In this document: piece after piece, positions 36,786 to 48,700 of the stretch
How positions within the stretch are numbered: position 1 is the first letter of the stretch
How the letters are laid out: every line of letters begins with the position of its first letter
NCBI GenBank assembly: GCA_040954595.2
Contig: CM082592.2
Coordinates: 8,915,677-8,979,676 of the forward strand
Direction of reading: 5' to 3'
Length of the DNA: 64,000 bases
Origin: Balanoglossus misakiensis
Taxonomy: Eukaryota > Animalia > Hemichordata
Notes under the pieces: generated by a model
Database searches by the model: none
What the model was told of the DNA's origin: nothing
The model's input: the letters and a program-made list of their open reading frames with translations, nothing else
Position numbers and translations under genes: made by a program

Positions 36786-39700
36786 TATCATCATCATCAT
36801 CATCATCTGCACTCAACACAGCTTATGCAGTGACATCTTTGAAGACAAATTCACTTCCTCTCTTCGGGTACATCCCCGAGTGACCTCAATATCAGCGCGA
36901 CCCCTAAACCGCGCTGAATGAGAAGCTCTATCGCTGTGGTTACTATTGAATTTGCAAAACTCAATCTCGGGACGTGAATGGATGTATGTCATCTTACGGG
37001 TGACGGAGGCAAGGCTTGTTTGGAATGTGTGTGCCGAACGACGGAACAAATCCTCTGGGTCCGCCGCTAATAAGCATTCTGCTCATCTCTGTGGCTGCAT
37101 TGTACAGAACCGATAGTAATCGGATAAAATCCGGGGGAATAATCATACTCTGGGAAAAATACACACGGAAAACCAATCCCGGGGAATCTTCAGGGAGGGA
37201 AAGAGACAACAGACCCACTGGCAATGATTTCCCCGTCATAACTCATGTTGTCTGTTTTTCTTTCTGACATTGTGAAATTAGAGAAAATCCAAGGTCTGAG
37301 ACACTGCCTGTGGGAGATGAGTCTTCTGCCTCTGACAGAATTAATCGCCTGTCTTCAGGAAAAGATGTGTCCATCACTATTTTGTTAAATAGGTGGCATC
37401 TTTGCCGGAATACTGACTTTCCCACTATGTGGATTACAGCTGGATTTTAAATTCACACTGTGTTGATAAACCTGGTACTACACACTTTAATCGCATGAAG
37501 CATTTTATAAATAGTTTCTGTGAAATTGATCCAAACACTTAATTCATTCATTAATTAACAAGGTGAATATATTTGCATTTGCCTCTGTAATTCATTATTG
37601 GAAAATTGAATTAAACAATGTCAAACTGTTGGCCTGGAACATTTTACACGACAAGCAAGCTTGTTAAACATTACTGAGCACGGTACAGTAATGCGATACA
37701 CACAAACTCCGCGCAAACCTTCACATCTCTGATATTGTCAGTTTTACATCTTAATCTTATTAGCATTTCGGGTTTATTAAGTTACGGTAGAAACACTAAC
37801 TGCTGAATGGACTCTGGTAAATTTAAGACTTGATCGGGTGATGAAAACATTACGGTATGATTAACAGGGGCAGCTGGAGTATAAAATATCAAACACTAGA
37901 AGCTGACCTCATCGTGTGACACAATTTTTTCTCTGTTTGTTAAAAATTTAGACCACATTGAACTGACACACAGAATACCAACAAGCTCCATTCAAACAAA
38001 CTTTGCCATATCTCATAATTCACCGCTGACAGTTTCCTTAGGCCAAAACTGTGCCAGGCGAAAGTTCTATAATTCCACTAACATAATAATGTAAGTATCC
38101 ATCAAATTATTGCCTTAGTCCACAATAACCAGATAATCAGTCGCCATGGTGACAGGAAAAGTCAAGCTGCCGTGACTGGAATTAACGGGGAGCTGAAAAG
38201 GGCTCAACTTCCTGTATTGGATAAAGCTGAGAGCATTTCATTTCATTTTGCGGCATATACCTGAGCAATGCACCAATTAGGGTTCTGTCCGACAGTCACT
38301 TAACGTTAACACACTTCGTGATTCTTTGCCCAGGTTTTTGTTTGCTGCGACAAACCTTCAGTTGAGATGATGTCGAACCATTAATTTCTTCTTTTTTTTA
38401 CGTTCAGCTGGTGCCAAAGTCTGCACGAAAAGTTACCTCTTAATATACTGACACATGTATAGGAATTTATTCAAACACTAAACTGACATCTATATTCTAG
38501 TGGCAGCCATTTTTACCTTCTGCTAGTACAATGGGATAGGATAGAATTTACTTCTTGTACAAGATGGTAGCATACATGTACCTGTACTTCTCTTTCACAC
38601 TCACAATAGTCACAGAATGAGTAAAAATCTCATACACAATTTAGATTTGGGCGATGCAAATATGAACAATTCAGGCGAATATCCACCAGCTGACATGCCA
38701 TCATGCAGTTACTCACTTCCCAGCCTGCCTGCCAACTCATCAAACCCATCGACACAATATATCAAATATTACAGAAATAGACCAGTTCTGAAGTACACTT
38801 CACGCAGCACCGCCACACATTTAATGCCCCCTTTTCCAGCAAATTTACCATCGAAAGAAAAGCATTTCGTGTCATTTGCCGACCACTTGAGGGTATTTTT
38901 AGTTCCATTAAAATCAAGTGTACGGAGTAAGGCCAGCAGCTGTAGGCAAACACAGGAGAGACTGGAGCCTAGGAACTGTCTGGCTCTAACAGCGAGTAAT
39001 TACTTGATCCATGCCTGGCTTCTCCATTCCTTCCAAGATAGCTTCCATGACATCATTATCAGCAGGTCATCGCCGTGTGTGTCATATTTACAGTTTTGCA
39101 GTCCATTTTGGAAGTGATTTGGGAATCATTTTCAGCACACAGTCAGCTGAAACCTTTTATCCTGTACATATTTTTGTGAAGACTTCCTCCAAGATAGGTA
39201 GATTTGCCTCAGTGTGCATATACTAATATTTATGATTTAAGAGCAAAAAAACACATCCCGATGAGAGAGAAAAAAATGAAGGCACCTGAATTATGTGATA
39301 GACAAAGAGGTGAACTAATCTGTGGCAACCACTGATGAAGATTCTGAACGGTTATATGTCACTGATCCTACACAAAGCCCTTAGGGGATGTCACCATAAC
39401 CATGTTTTGAATGCATCGTTCTCTATGGGAAAGTTTTGTGTGCATGGCACACACACCCACAGATCCTGCTCTTGTTTCCAAATGTTCCCAATGAATTCAC
39501 ACGCAAAAAAACACACACACACACACGTAGCCATCATACTTGCGAAAAGCTCTACTTTGGCCGTCTACTTCCAAGCAGACGAGTGTTAACAACGGCTCTA
39601 ATGTTTGCCCGCCTATAATCGGATGAGAATGCTCAAACTCCGGCTCGACCAGATTTTCCAAACAGACACGACGTCTCCAAACTGGCAGGGCATCTTAATT

Positions 39701-42700
39701 CTCAAAGACGCTTGCTGACTGCACCAACAGACTTCAAATTAAGGCTGTACATAGCGAGCATCTTCCCTTAGTTTGTGGCGGGGAAGTTGGAGGGAGTTCA
39801 GTTTTAATGTCAACTCATGGGACACACAGCTATCTGGTTTTCAAACCGACCCATCCAGTACTAGGTGACATGTTCAACCTGATAGTCAATCTCACTGCAC
39901 TGCACATCCACTTCAGAATGAAACTGTTACATGCATTGAAATGCACAACACATCACCACCGTTTCCAAGGCCCGCAATGCTTTGCCAAGACAACTACCAA
40001 TTCAAGAAGTTTACTCAAGTTTCCGAAATTCCAGGTCTCCACTTACATTTCTCGACAGATTAATAACAGACTCGCTTTTTCATTTGCGCTCGGCTGATTG
40101 TGGTGCAGCGTGGCCGTGAATACATAAAATTTCATTACACAAACGTGCAAAGACTGATCACCATCGAACTGTGCAGTCCACCAGAGTGTGGATTTCAATT
40201 TCCTATTTAATTCTGCAAGTCTTTGCCGCTAAGCTATTTCCGTGTGTGAGCTAAATACACACCAAATGCAACGCGTGTGACAACTGTTCCTAGAAGGAAA
40301 GATTAGGTTTCAATTACACGGTACTGGCGGGGAAAAAAATTGAACCGTTTTTGTGCGCCGGCTCAGATTGCTGTACAGTTTATTTAAAAACACCTGAAGC
40401 AGTGAGTTTGGTTTCTTTCAGCCGATGTAGGCACACAGATGTTCCATCAGCATACAGACTAACACAGTTTACAGAAATGTTATATGTAAAATGCGAATAA
40501 AATTCACCTACAATTCTGCTAACCTTCATCCCGTGAAAACTTGGACAGGAGTATCTTTTGCCATTAGGCTAGATGGAAAGCAACGCACAGATAATGCAAA
40601 ATTCAAAGCATTCAAGGTTTATTTTCATCTTTGATGCGGAGTGAGAGGGAATTCTGTGGGAAACGGGAGCGGAAAATTTCTCTCAAAGAGATGCGGTCTG
40701 GTTTCAATGCCAAAAAGAAGAAGAGCTGGAGGGATGGGGGATGAATAATGTATGATCATGATTCAACGGTATAATATCATCGCATAGCTGTGTGCAAATG
40801 ATTTTTATGATAGGTTTACCCAAAACCATGAACTGTGAGTTCAGCATTCAAAGGTGTCCCCCTGGGGACAAAAAAAACCCTTGTAATTATGAATATCTTT
40901 ATTGCCTTGACATATAATGCAGTCAAACTGCACTGTGACAAGGGCAATTTCTAGCTTTACACACAGAACTGCTTCGAAAATATATTGCCACACACGCACA
41001 TTCACAGATCTCTTCCAAGTCATTTCTGGCATACAGATTACTGCACACTATATTGTAAACACACACAGGATGACCGTTCAATAGTCTGTAGTATTCGTCT
41101 CTCGTTTCATGGGAGAAGTAGGTCACATTGCTAATAACGTGCTCACAAAAATCAATCAATCCATGTTGCCTTAACTCCTGACCTTTGACATCAAAGAGAA
41201 TTGTAAAACTGTGACCTGCAGTACCTGCAGAAAAGATCGGTCACTGCATCCTTACAATTTTCATTAAAAGTAATAACTAGTTCAGATTTTATTGTTTTTT
41301 CTCCCCGATACTCAAAATTTTTCATCATTTTGTATCTTGCGCATATGTTTGATTTGAATAGCACTGCATTAAGAATTTCCTTTCTGTGTTGCAAAAATTG
41401 GAAAATCGACCTGACTGATATGAAATGTCAGGCTGTGATGGACAAAATAGACGCTACTTCAGTGATAACCATTCATTAGCTGATAACCATTTACGATATG
41501 ATTATCTTTGGCAGAGTCTAGTTTCTTTAATGTATACAGCTGTGATTGAGCTACGATTGACTAAGTTCTTGCTGGTCATGGAGATGGAATGAATCATGAG
41601 AAGTGAAAGTTTGCTGCCTGACACAATGTTACCATGACAACAATATTGGATAGCGCTTGAAGATTGCCAATCCTCCTCCCCCATTTCTTCATGCTTATCT
41701 CCATATAGGCACCCGACTGTACGGAGTCTTTGAGAGCTAGTACAGAGCAGTGCTGTATCTGTAACGAGTTCTGAAGTTTAATGAAGGCTAGACTTGATTG
41801 AAAGACAAACACAGACATGTGATTGATCAAACTCAATCAGACCTTCATACTGCAAATTCTATTATGCCCAATGAAGTGATCATGCAAGACCTGGTTTGTC
41901 TCGGCTGAGAGGCGTACGTATCCTTGCTGATCAGACGTCGATATCAGACTTCACTTCAATATAAATAATTTGAACTTAAGTATCAGAAATTGGGTGCAAT
42001 TTAAAGATCCTTCTCGCCGACAAGTTTACAGAGGTTCGGCCGACAGACCCAAGACTTGAGTTTTTTTTATTAGATTCTACCTCAGAACAGAGATGGCAGA
42101 TTTCATTTGACTTGACATGGAATCTGAAATCAAGCTGGCATGAAGTATGTCATTGTAGACAGAGCGTGGTTCCTGCAATTACAAACATACACTGCGTCTA
42201 CATCCATTACTGCCCGCGTACGCAATACCTGGTTAACGATCGAGTGCCCACAGATGAAACATTCACCCCAGTACAAGCTCCCCAAGTTTTTTGTCGACAA
42301 TCTTGCAAAATATGATAACCTCAAATACACCGTGAAATAGAAAGAAAAAAAAACATTCATCATTGATTTAACCAACACAGATGGCTGACCCCAGGAGATA
42401 TGAAACCATTGCAGCAAATCATTTCTGGAGCATGCCACCTGCCAACATCAGCAGATGAAGCCATTCCCACCGGAACCATTACACAGTTTTCTTTTCTCTT
42501 CACAACATCGAAGCCATCAAACATGAAGTACAAGCCATCTTCCGGCAACAATTGTGCCCCTCAAAACCCAACTTATTTCCACTATTGTTTTAAATGATGA
42601 GTATGATATAAAAATATATTTAATCGGCACTTGGCATTTCATGAAATCAATCACTCCATGTGATATGAAAACTGGGAAATTGCAGTTTGGAAATTACAAT

Positions 42701-45700
42701 AATAAAGGTTATTTTTCAAATGAACCCTTTCTACATTCAGCAGAGCCTTCTTATCAAAATCCAATAACCAGTGTATCAAAACAATCAGAGGTAATATTAA
42801 GAAATAATATTAGGATTTGTATCTTAATCCCTCAAGAAGTAATAAAGTGCATTTGCATGCACAACGACAGACACGTATGCAAAGCATCTCAGGGAACAAA
42901 ATTAACAACTGCTAATTCCACACTGAGGGAGGGAAATAATTGAACTAATGTCCACATGTATGACCTGACTTCTCGACGTTTTGTCAAATTAATCAAATCT
43001 GACTCCTAGTAATTTTGTCAATGAGCTCATAATGAGAGCCTGGCATTGACATCAATTTTGGAATCAAAATTAGCATACTAATGCCTTAGATTAATCATGA
43101 TTGCACTGCGTCTCCAGACAGGATGTCAGCCATGATGAGGAGGATTTCTGAAAACCTAAGTGTGACGTCTTTAGATGTCATATCTGCACAGTTTGTTAGT
43201 GGTAGTTGTGTGTACAGGGCACTTCTTGTCTAATCTGGAAAAAAACTAGCTACTTTAGTTTGTTTTTTTAAGCAAGAGCTCAGTTGACATCTCTAACATC
43301 TGATCCACGTGCCTTCAAGCCAATTTTCTTTTTTACATATAATGATATTGAGCGATCAGACTCACGGGACTTTTCAGAAATTCTCCAGTTGAACAAAAGG
43401 TCTCCGAAAATCACTTGTTGGATGGCAAACTGCCAGAGTCTGATTCTGCAAGTTGGCAGGGTTACGACTGCAGATGCGTTCGAGGGAGTTCCGCGCGATC
43501 ATTCAAAAACAATGTTTGCATGCAAAATGCGTCATGTAAGATTAAGGTCGAGAAAAGGTGACATTTTCTGGCAAATGCGGGACTGAAGAGAAGGAAAGGC
43601 AAAGATCACTATCTCGGAATGAATCAATCCATCAGAATACATCAGCCACATTCTGAAGTTGGCACTTAATTCACGCTTCATGGTGCACCCTTGATTAATA
43701 ATTATTTTTAATATCTCACACAACATGCACTTGCGATTGGATTGAGAACTCAATCTACTTTCTGCAGACTTTAAACCTTGAATTTCAGCTAATCTCCATC
43801 CTCGACTTATAAGCCACTCTGATTGCAGCGAAGGCCAACCTGTGTACAAAACCCGACCAATCCATATCCCAGTTGTGGCCTTCTTCATCTTACTTAGATT
43901 CAGATTCATTCGAAATACATACTTCACTCACCAGACCAAACCACAGCAGCCAACACACACGTATCACACACAGAAAGTACACAACGACACACAACAAGGA
44001 ATATCAACATCACCACACTCGACAGAGCTCAGCAAAGCTAATCCTCCTACCTTATCTAGTTGTGTGATTTCCTGGTGAAGCTCTGTGTTTTTCTTCGTCA
44101 GAGATGTGTTCTGCTGTATCACATTTTGCAACTCACTTGCCTGTGAAAGGAGATGAAAAACAAAGACAATTCAACAACTATGGCTTCACTGAATTCGAGC
44201 TACTGACACAGACGCCCACAGAAAACAAACCAGTTCAGATCCAGTTCCTTGTATAAATCCACAGAGGTAAATTCAGTTTACACCTGATAATCAGCTTTGA
44301 GTGGTGAGAACCAAATTTGCCCTCAGAGAAAGGAAGTCTGGCGACAGTTGTAAGTGGCCTAATAAATCCTTTAAAAAAAAAGCCAAAAGGGGAATTGCTG
44401 AGAAACGTGAGCACACATTGAACCCTGACTTCATCTGAGCACTATCAACACTGGAAGACAGAGCTAACATATTGAAAGACAGCCTGTGTCCTTTAAAACT
44501 GGGAAATTTCACATGGACGGCATTCAGCTGTTAACAAAATTTACGACGTATGCACGCAGTATGAAGGGCATGATAAAATGGTCTGCTCAAGTGGTGCTGA
44601 AAAATGAAGGGACTGTTTTGTTTGTTTGTACCAGTAAATACCAAATGAGGGATTTAGAACTCCATTAGCTATAACATTTAGCTTCACCATTTTTCTGTAT
44701 CTTGTAATCTACAAGGAATTTGAACAAGATACAGGTACTTGAAACTTGTCAACAAGTTTTTGGAAGTAAAAAGTTTCTTTTAGTAAGAAATTTGAGAAGG
44801 TTAACATTTGTGAGAGGAGCGTGAATCAATCAGCCAACAAAATTCTTGAAACAGTTTTACTGATTACTTTCTAAGCACTAGACGTTTAATGTCAGACAGG
44901 ATTTTGTTACTGTATAACTCCAAGAAAGAGATAATGTTATGAAACACACACATACACAAAAAACAAAACGTGACTTTTATTGAATAGAAAGCACTGCAAT
45001 ATGAAATCGGAGAGGTAACTAACTACTTTGCAATTTTGGATTTAGTTTTTCTGATAAATGACCGTAATTTGACATCGTAAATTGAAACATACACAGGAAA
45101 CACTTATTTGAATGTTTGACTTACATGTAACCTTTTTCGTGATTGAAAAATTGCGGGTAAATGAAATGCAGATGATTGCATGGTGCGATCAATATGAATT
45201 CTTGGCGGGTAGTTTCTTTAAAGAAATTTCCATTTTGAAGACGTTTATCAAATATCGTAATACACCATCTGTGCACAGGCTACGTACAATGTACATTATG
45301 TGTATGAGGAGACACAACAGCTGAGTTGGTCAGACCAGCTTGGAACACGTTTTACAAAATGCGTCAAAACTGGAACACAGAATCTGGAATGTGTGGGTGT
45401 GTAGCAGGGCCACTGCTGCTGCAAGGGAGAGAATTCACGACCATTCCCAGGGGCTGCATTTACAAATCAAGTCAATGTAAAGCAGCTCGGCCAAGACTCC
45501 CTGGTGAATGTGTAACTCTGACACCATATATTGCACCTCGGGGAGACCAAAGGAACAGCTTAGCTCATTGGTGAAATTAAATTTATTATTTTCCACACAG
45601 AAACAGAATCACTCTGAGATCAAACGAAGGAGAACATTCACGCAATCTATCGGCTTGTTGGGTACCTGCTGTGTGAACTGGAAAGCGAGAAACGCAAAAG

Positions 45701-48700
45701 GGAATTTTGATTTGCTGTTTCATAAGGCGGAGGCAAGCTACGTGCCTATGCATTAGGTCTCACTTGCTGGAGATTTCACTGACCATAAATATCTATGAAA
45801 CGCAACCTGAAACCCAGGCGACTGTAAATCAACAAAGCTTGCGATGTATTGAAAATAGCAAATTAGCCACTTTTCGGTGGACAACACAGAGGGTACATAA
45901 TTACTAATTTTTCATCAGATTACAGTCTCCATGTCTGGTCTTGATGGGACGTAATGACGGAAGCAACGAGTGCCTGCCACATCAGTAGCATTTATTTTGA
46001 TGGTTCGGATGAGTAACATGACATCCTCCCAGATGACCTTTGCCCTCTGCTCAACTAGGCTTACAGGATTAAGTATCTGCTTTGAAATGTGCACGTAATT
46101 TATGGGTGATCTTTTGGTGTGCTGTCATAAAATCAAAGTCCTGGTGTGCAGTCGTCATTTTCAGACGAATAAACAATGCTACTTTGGCAAATCTACAGAT
46201 GGATGAATCTATCTACCGACAGCGGAGTGAGTTAGCACAGCACGTAACCATCTCCTTGTGTTTAATAATGTTACAGTACTTCTATACCTACTGCTTGTGC
46301 GGGTAATGGTTTTGGCTAGTCAGTTTCCATGATTTGCTCACAAAACAACTACTATGCTGTGTTATATGATCAAAACACAAAATTTATGGTTATTTCTACA
46401 GAATATACAGTTACTGATTTCCACTTGAAATTTCTGCTTTCACACTCAGCTTCCAGGAGACAAACTCTCAATCAAATAACCTATGCATCATTTGGTTTGT
46501 GTGCTCATAAAATTTCCAAACAGAACTGCAAAATTCCCAGCTTAGTAATTAAATGAAGAGCCTGCCAGTCTAAAAACATTATACAGGGCTGCAATATACA
46601 CTGCTAACACACCTTCCCAATATCAGCTTAATAACATAAAATTTTATGAAGTTCTAAAAACATGATAGCTCTCCAAGTCTTCCATTCTTCGCGGTAATAT
46701 AATTTATGAGTATGCATTTTCAACAGGAAGGAAAACTATAGATTAGAATATAAGAAAATACATGTAGAGAGACTCACCAAAGTTGAACACTGGCGTTGCC
46801 GACCCTCTGTCTCTTTCTCCAGAGTTTCACATTCTATCTTCGTCTGCGCAAGCTCTACTTCCTGTTGGACACGACAACAAAACAGGAAACGGGATTGGTT
46901 AGGCACAAATTAAAGTCTCATTTCCTTTCCAAGGCTTCCATTTCTAATGAACAGTGGGCAATTGTTATTGTGACAGGGTCATTATAGCGTGTAGAGTGTT
47001 CATAATTGTGTGCTGTACTCACTGCCTGTGAATGAAAATTAATAAAGTACAGCCTCCAGATAGAGCACCGCTCTGTGGAGATGAAGACTCCATTTGATGA
47101 TATCGTTTCCGTCCAATCAACAAAATGATGAAGAGAAGCCAAACATGTTGTATGTTTTGCAGTGAAAAAAAAATCAACATCTTCCTTCGATTTATTTCTT
47201 GGAAGGGCTGGTTAATTGGTGGAGAGAGAGGAATGTAATACGCAAAAGTCAAATATCAGTAAACATCTTGCCTGACTTCACCGCTTTTAGGTGGGATTAC
47301 AAAAACACTGGCGGCAAGATCTACAAAGAGAGTATAAATCACAGACTCTGACCACCTCAAGTCATCAAACGGTCAATTTTATCTGCAAGGTTTTCTGACT
47401 CAATGCACCAAAAAATCTGGCTTTGAATCCCCAAAAGGATGGCATACGCGTCTTGCACTTGTAAGACAGCTTTAATGGTAACTACCAGAGATGACACAAA
47501 AAAGGTACATTTGATTGGTTATGGCAAATGTTACATTGCACAGGAAAAGGTCAATTAAATACCATGGGTTCAACTCTGATCATTCTAGGGTACAGTTGCC
47601 ATTTGGCAATCGGTCAAAAGTACACGAATTTTCAGTAATTCAGCAGATATGTGCTGAGCAATTTGACAACAATTTAGACTTCAAACTATATTTGTATAAG
47701 GGCGGGGAGCTTCACCACAGCCGCATCAAAATTTTGACTTTTTCTCTCAAAATCTGTAATGGAGCTGCAGCATGGGTCTTTTTTATCGCAAAAATGAAAA
47801 AGATAATGCATACTCTGTGTTGTGTTTTAAATGCTTGTCACGCACTCCACCCAAATATAGATTTGTTTCATGATCTGATGACAAATACACCCACTATCTC
47901 GATTTCTGAGGAAGAATAACCTCAGATACACAGAGAGTTATTATCCTTGAATGTTCAATCACTCCCTTGAAATCAGCGGTCTCAAAATCCAATTTCGCTG
48001 GAAATCGGGAAACTGACTAACACATCCATTTGATCCTTACATAACCGAGGAGCACCCTGCTTCTTGGATCAACTTCCCGAGCCTTTAAGAGTCTTAACAG
48101 TGGCGTGCGATTTGTAACACAAATTACACATATTAGACCATCTTCTGGGACTTATCTGTTTGAGTCAGAGAGAGTGCCGCTTGTCTGACCTCTGTTGAAT
48201 ACTAGTAAACACTAGTTTGAATTCGCCCTACCTGTCACAACAATCCAGTACCCCATTTTCAAGTGATTGGTTTAGTTTCACCATTAAAAACGGTTTCATT
48301 TTCATCAAAGGATTAGGTGTTGTAGGGGTGTGTTCGCACGAACTGATGGAAATAAACGATGTCTAAAATACTCTATACATGATAAATTCAGTTTTATCCA
48401 AATTAAAATATGACTAGTCGCCCAGTACTTTAGTGATGCAGTCAGCTAGAGGAAAACGTTTCGAAAATATCTTTGGACAGTCTCAAGAATTACATATTGT
48501 ATGTGACCTGTGTCTCCGAAACGAGGTCACCCCATGCTTGCCTATATTAGGTTAGCTTAGAGTAGATTACTGAGGAGATAGTAAAATGTTTGCGTTTAAC
48601 CGAATGATGTCATTTTTCCTGTTGCTGGAACAGCGAGGAAATCCCTTTGGAGATGTTTTGTCAATTCCCAGTGGATGACACAGCAGCAGTAAATTTTGAT

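Noticed and set aside
36586-36921. Poly-Ile / poly-Ser ORFs
   Set aside because: Translation of the (CAT)n microsatellite, antisense to an intron.
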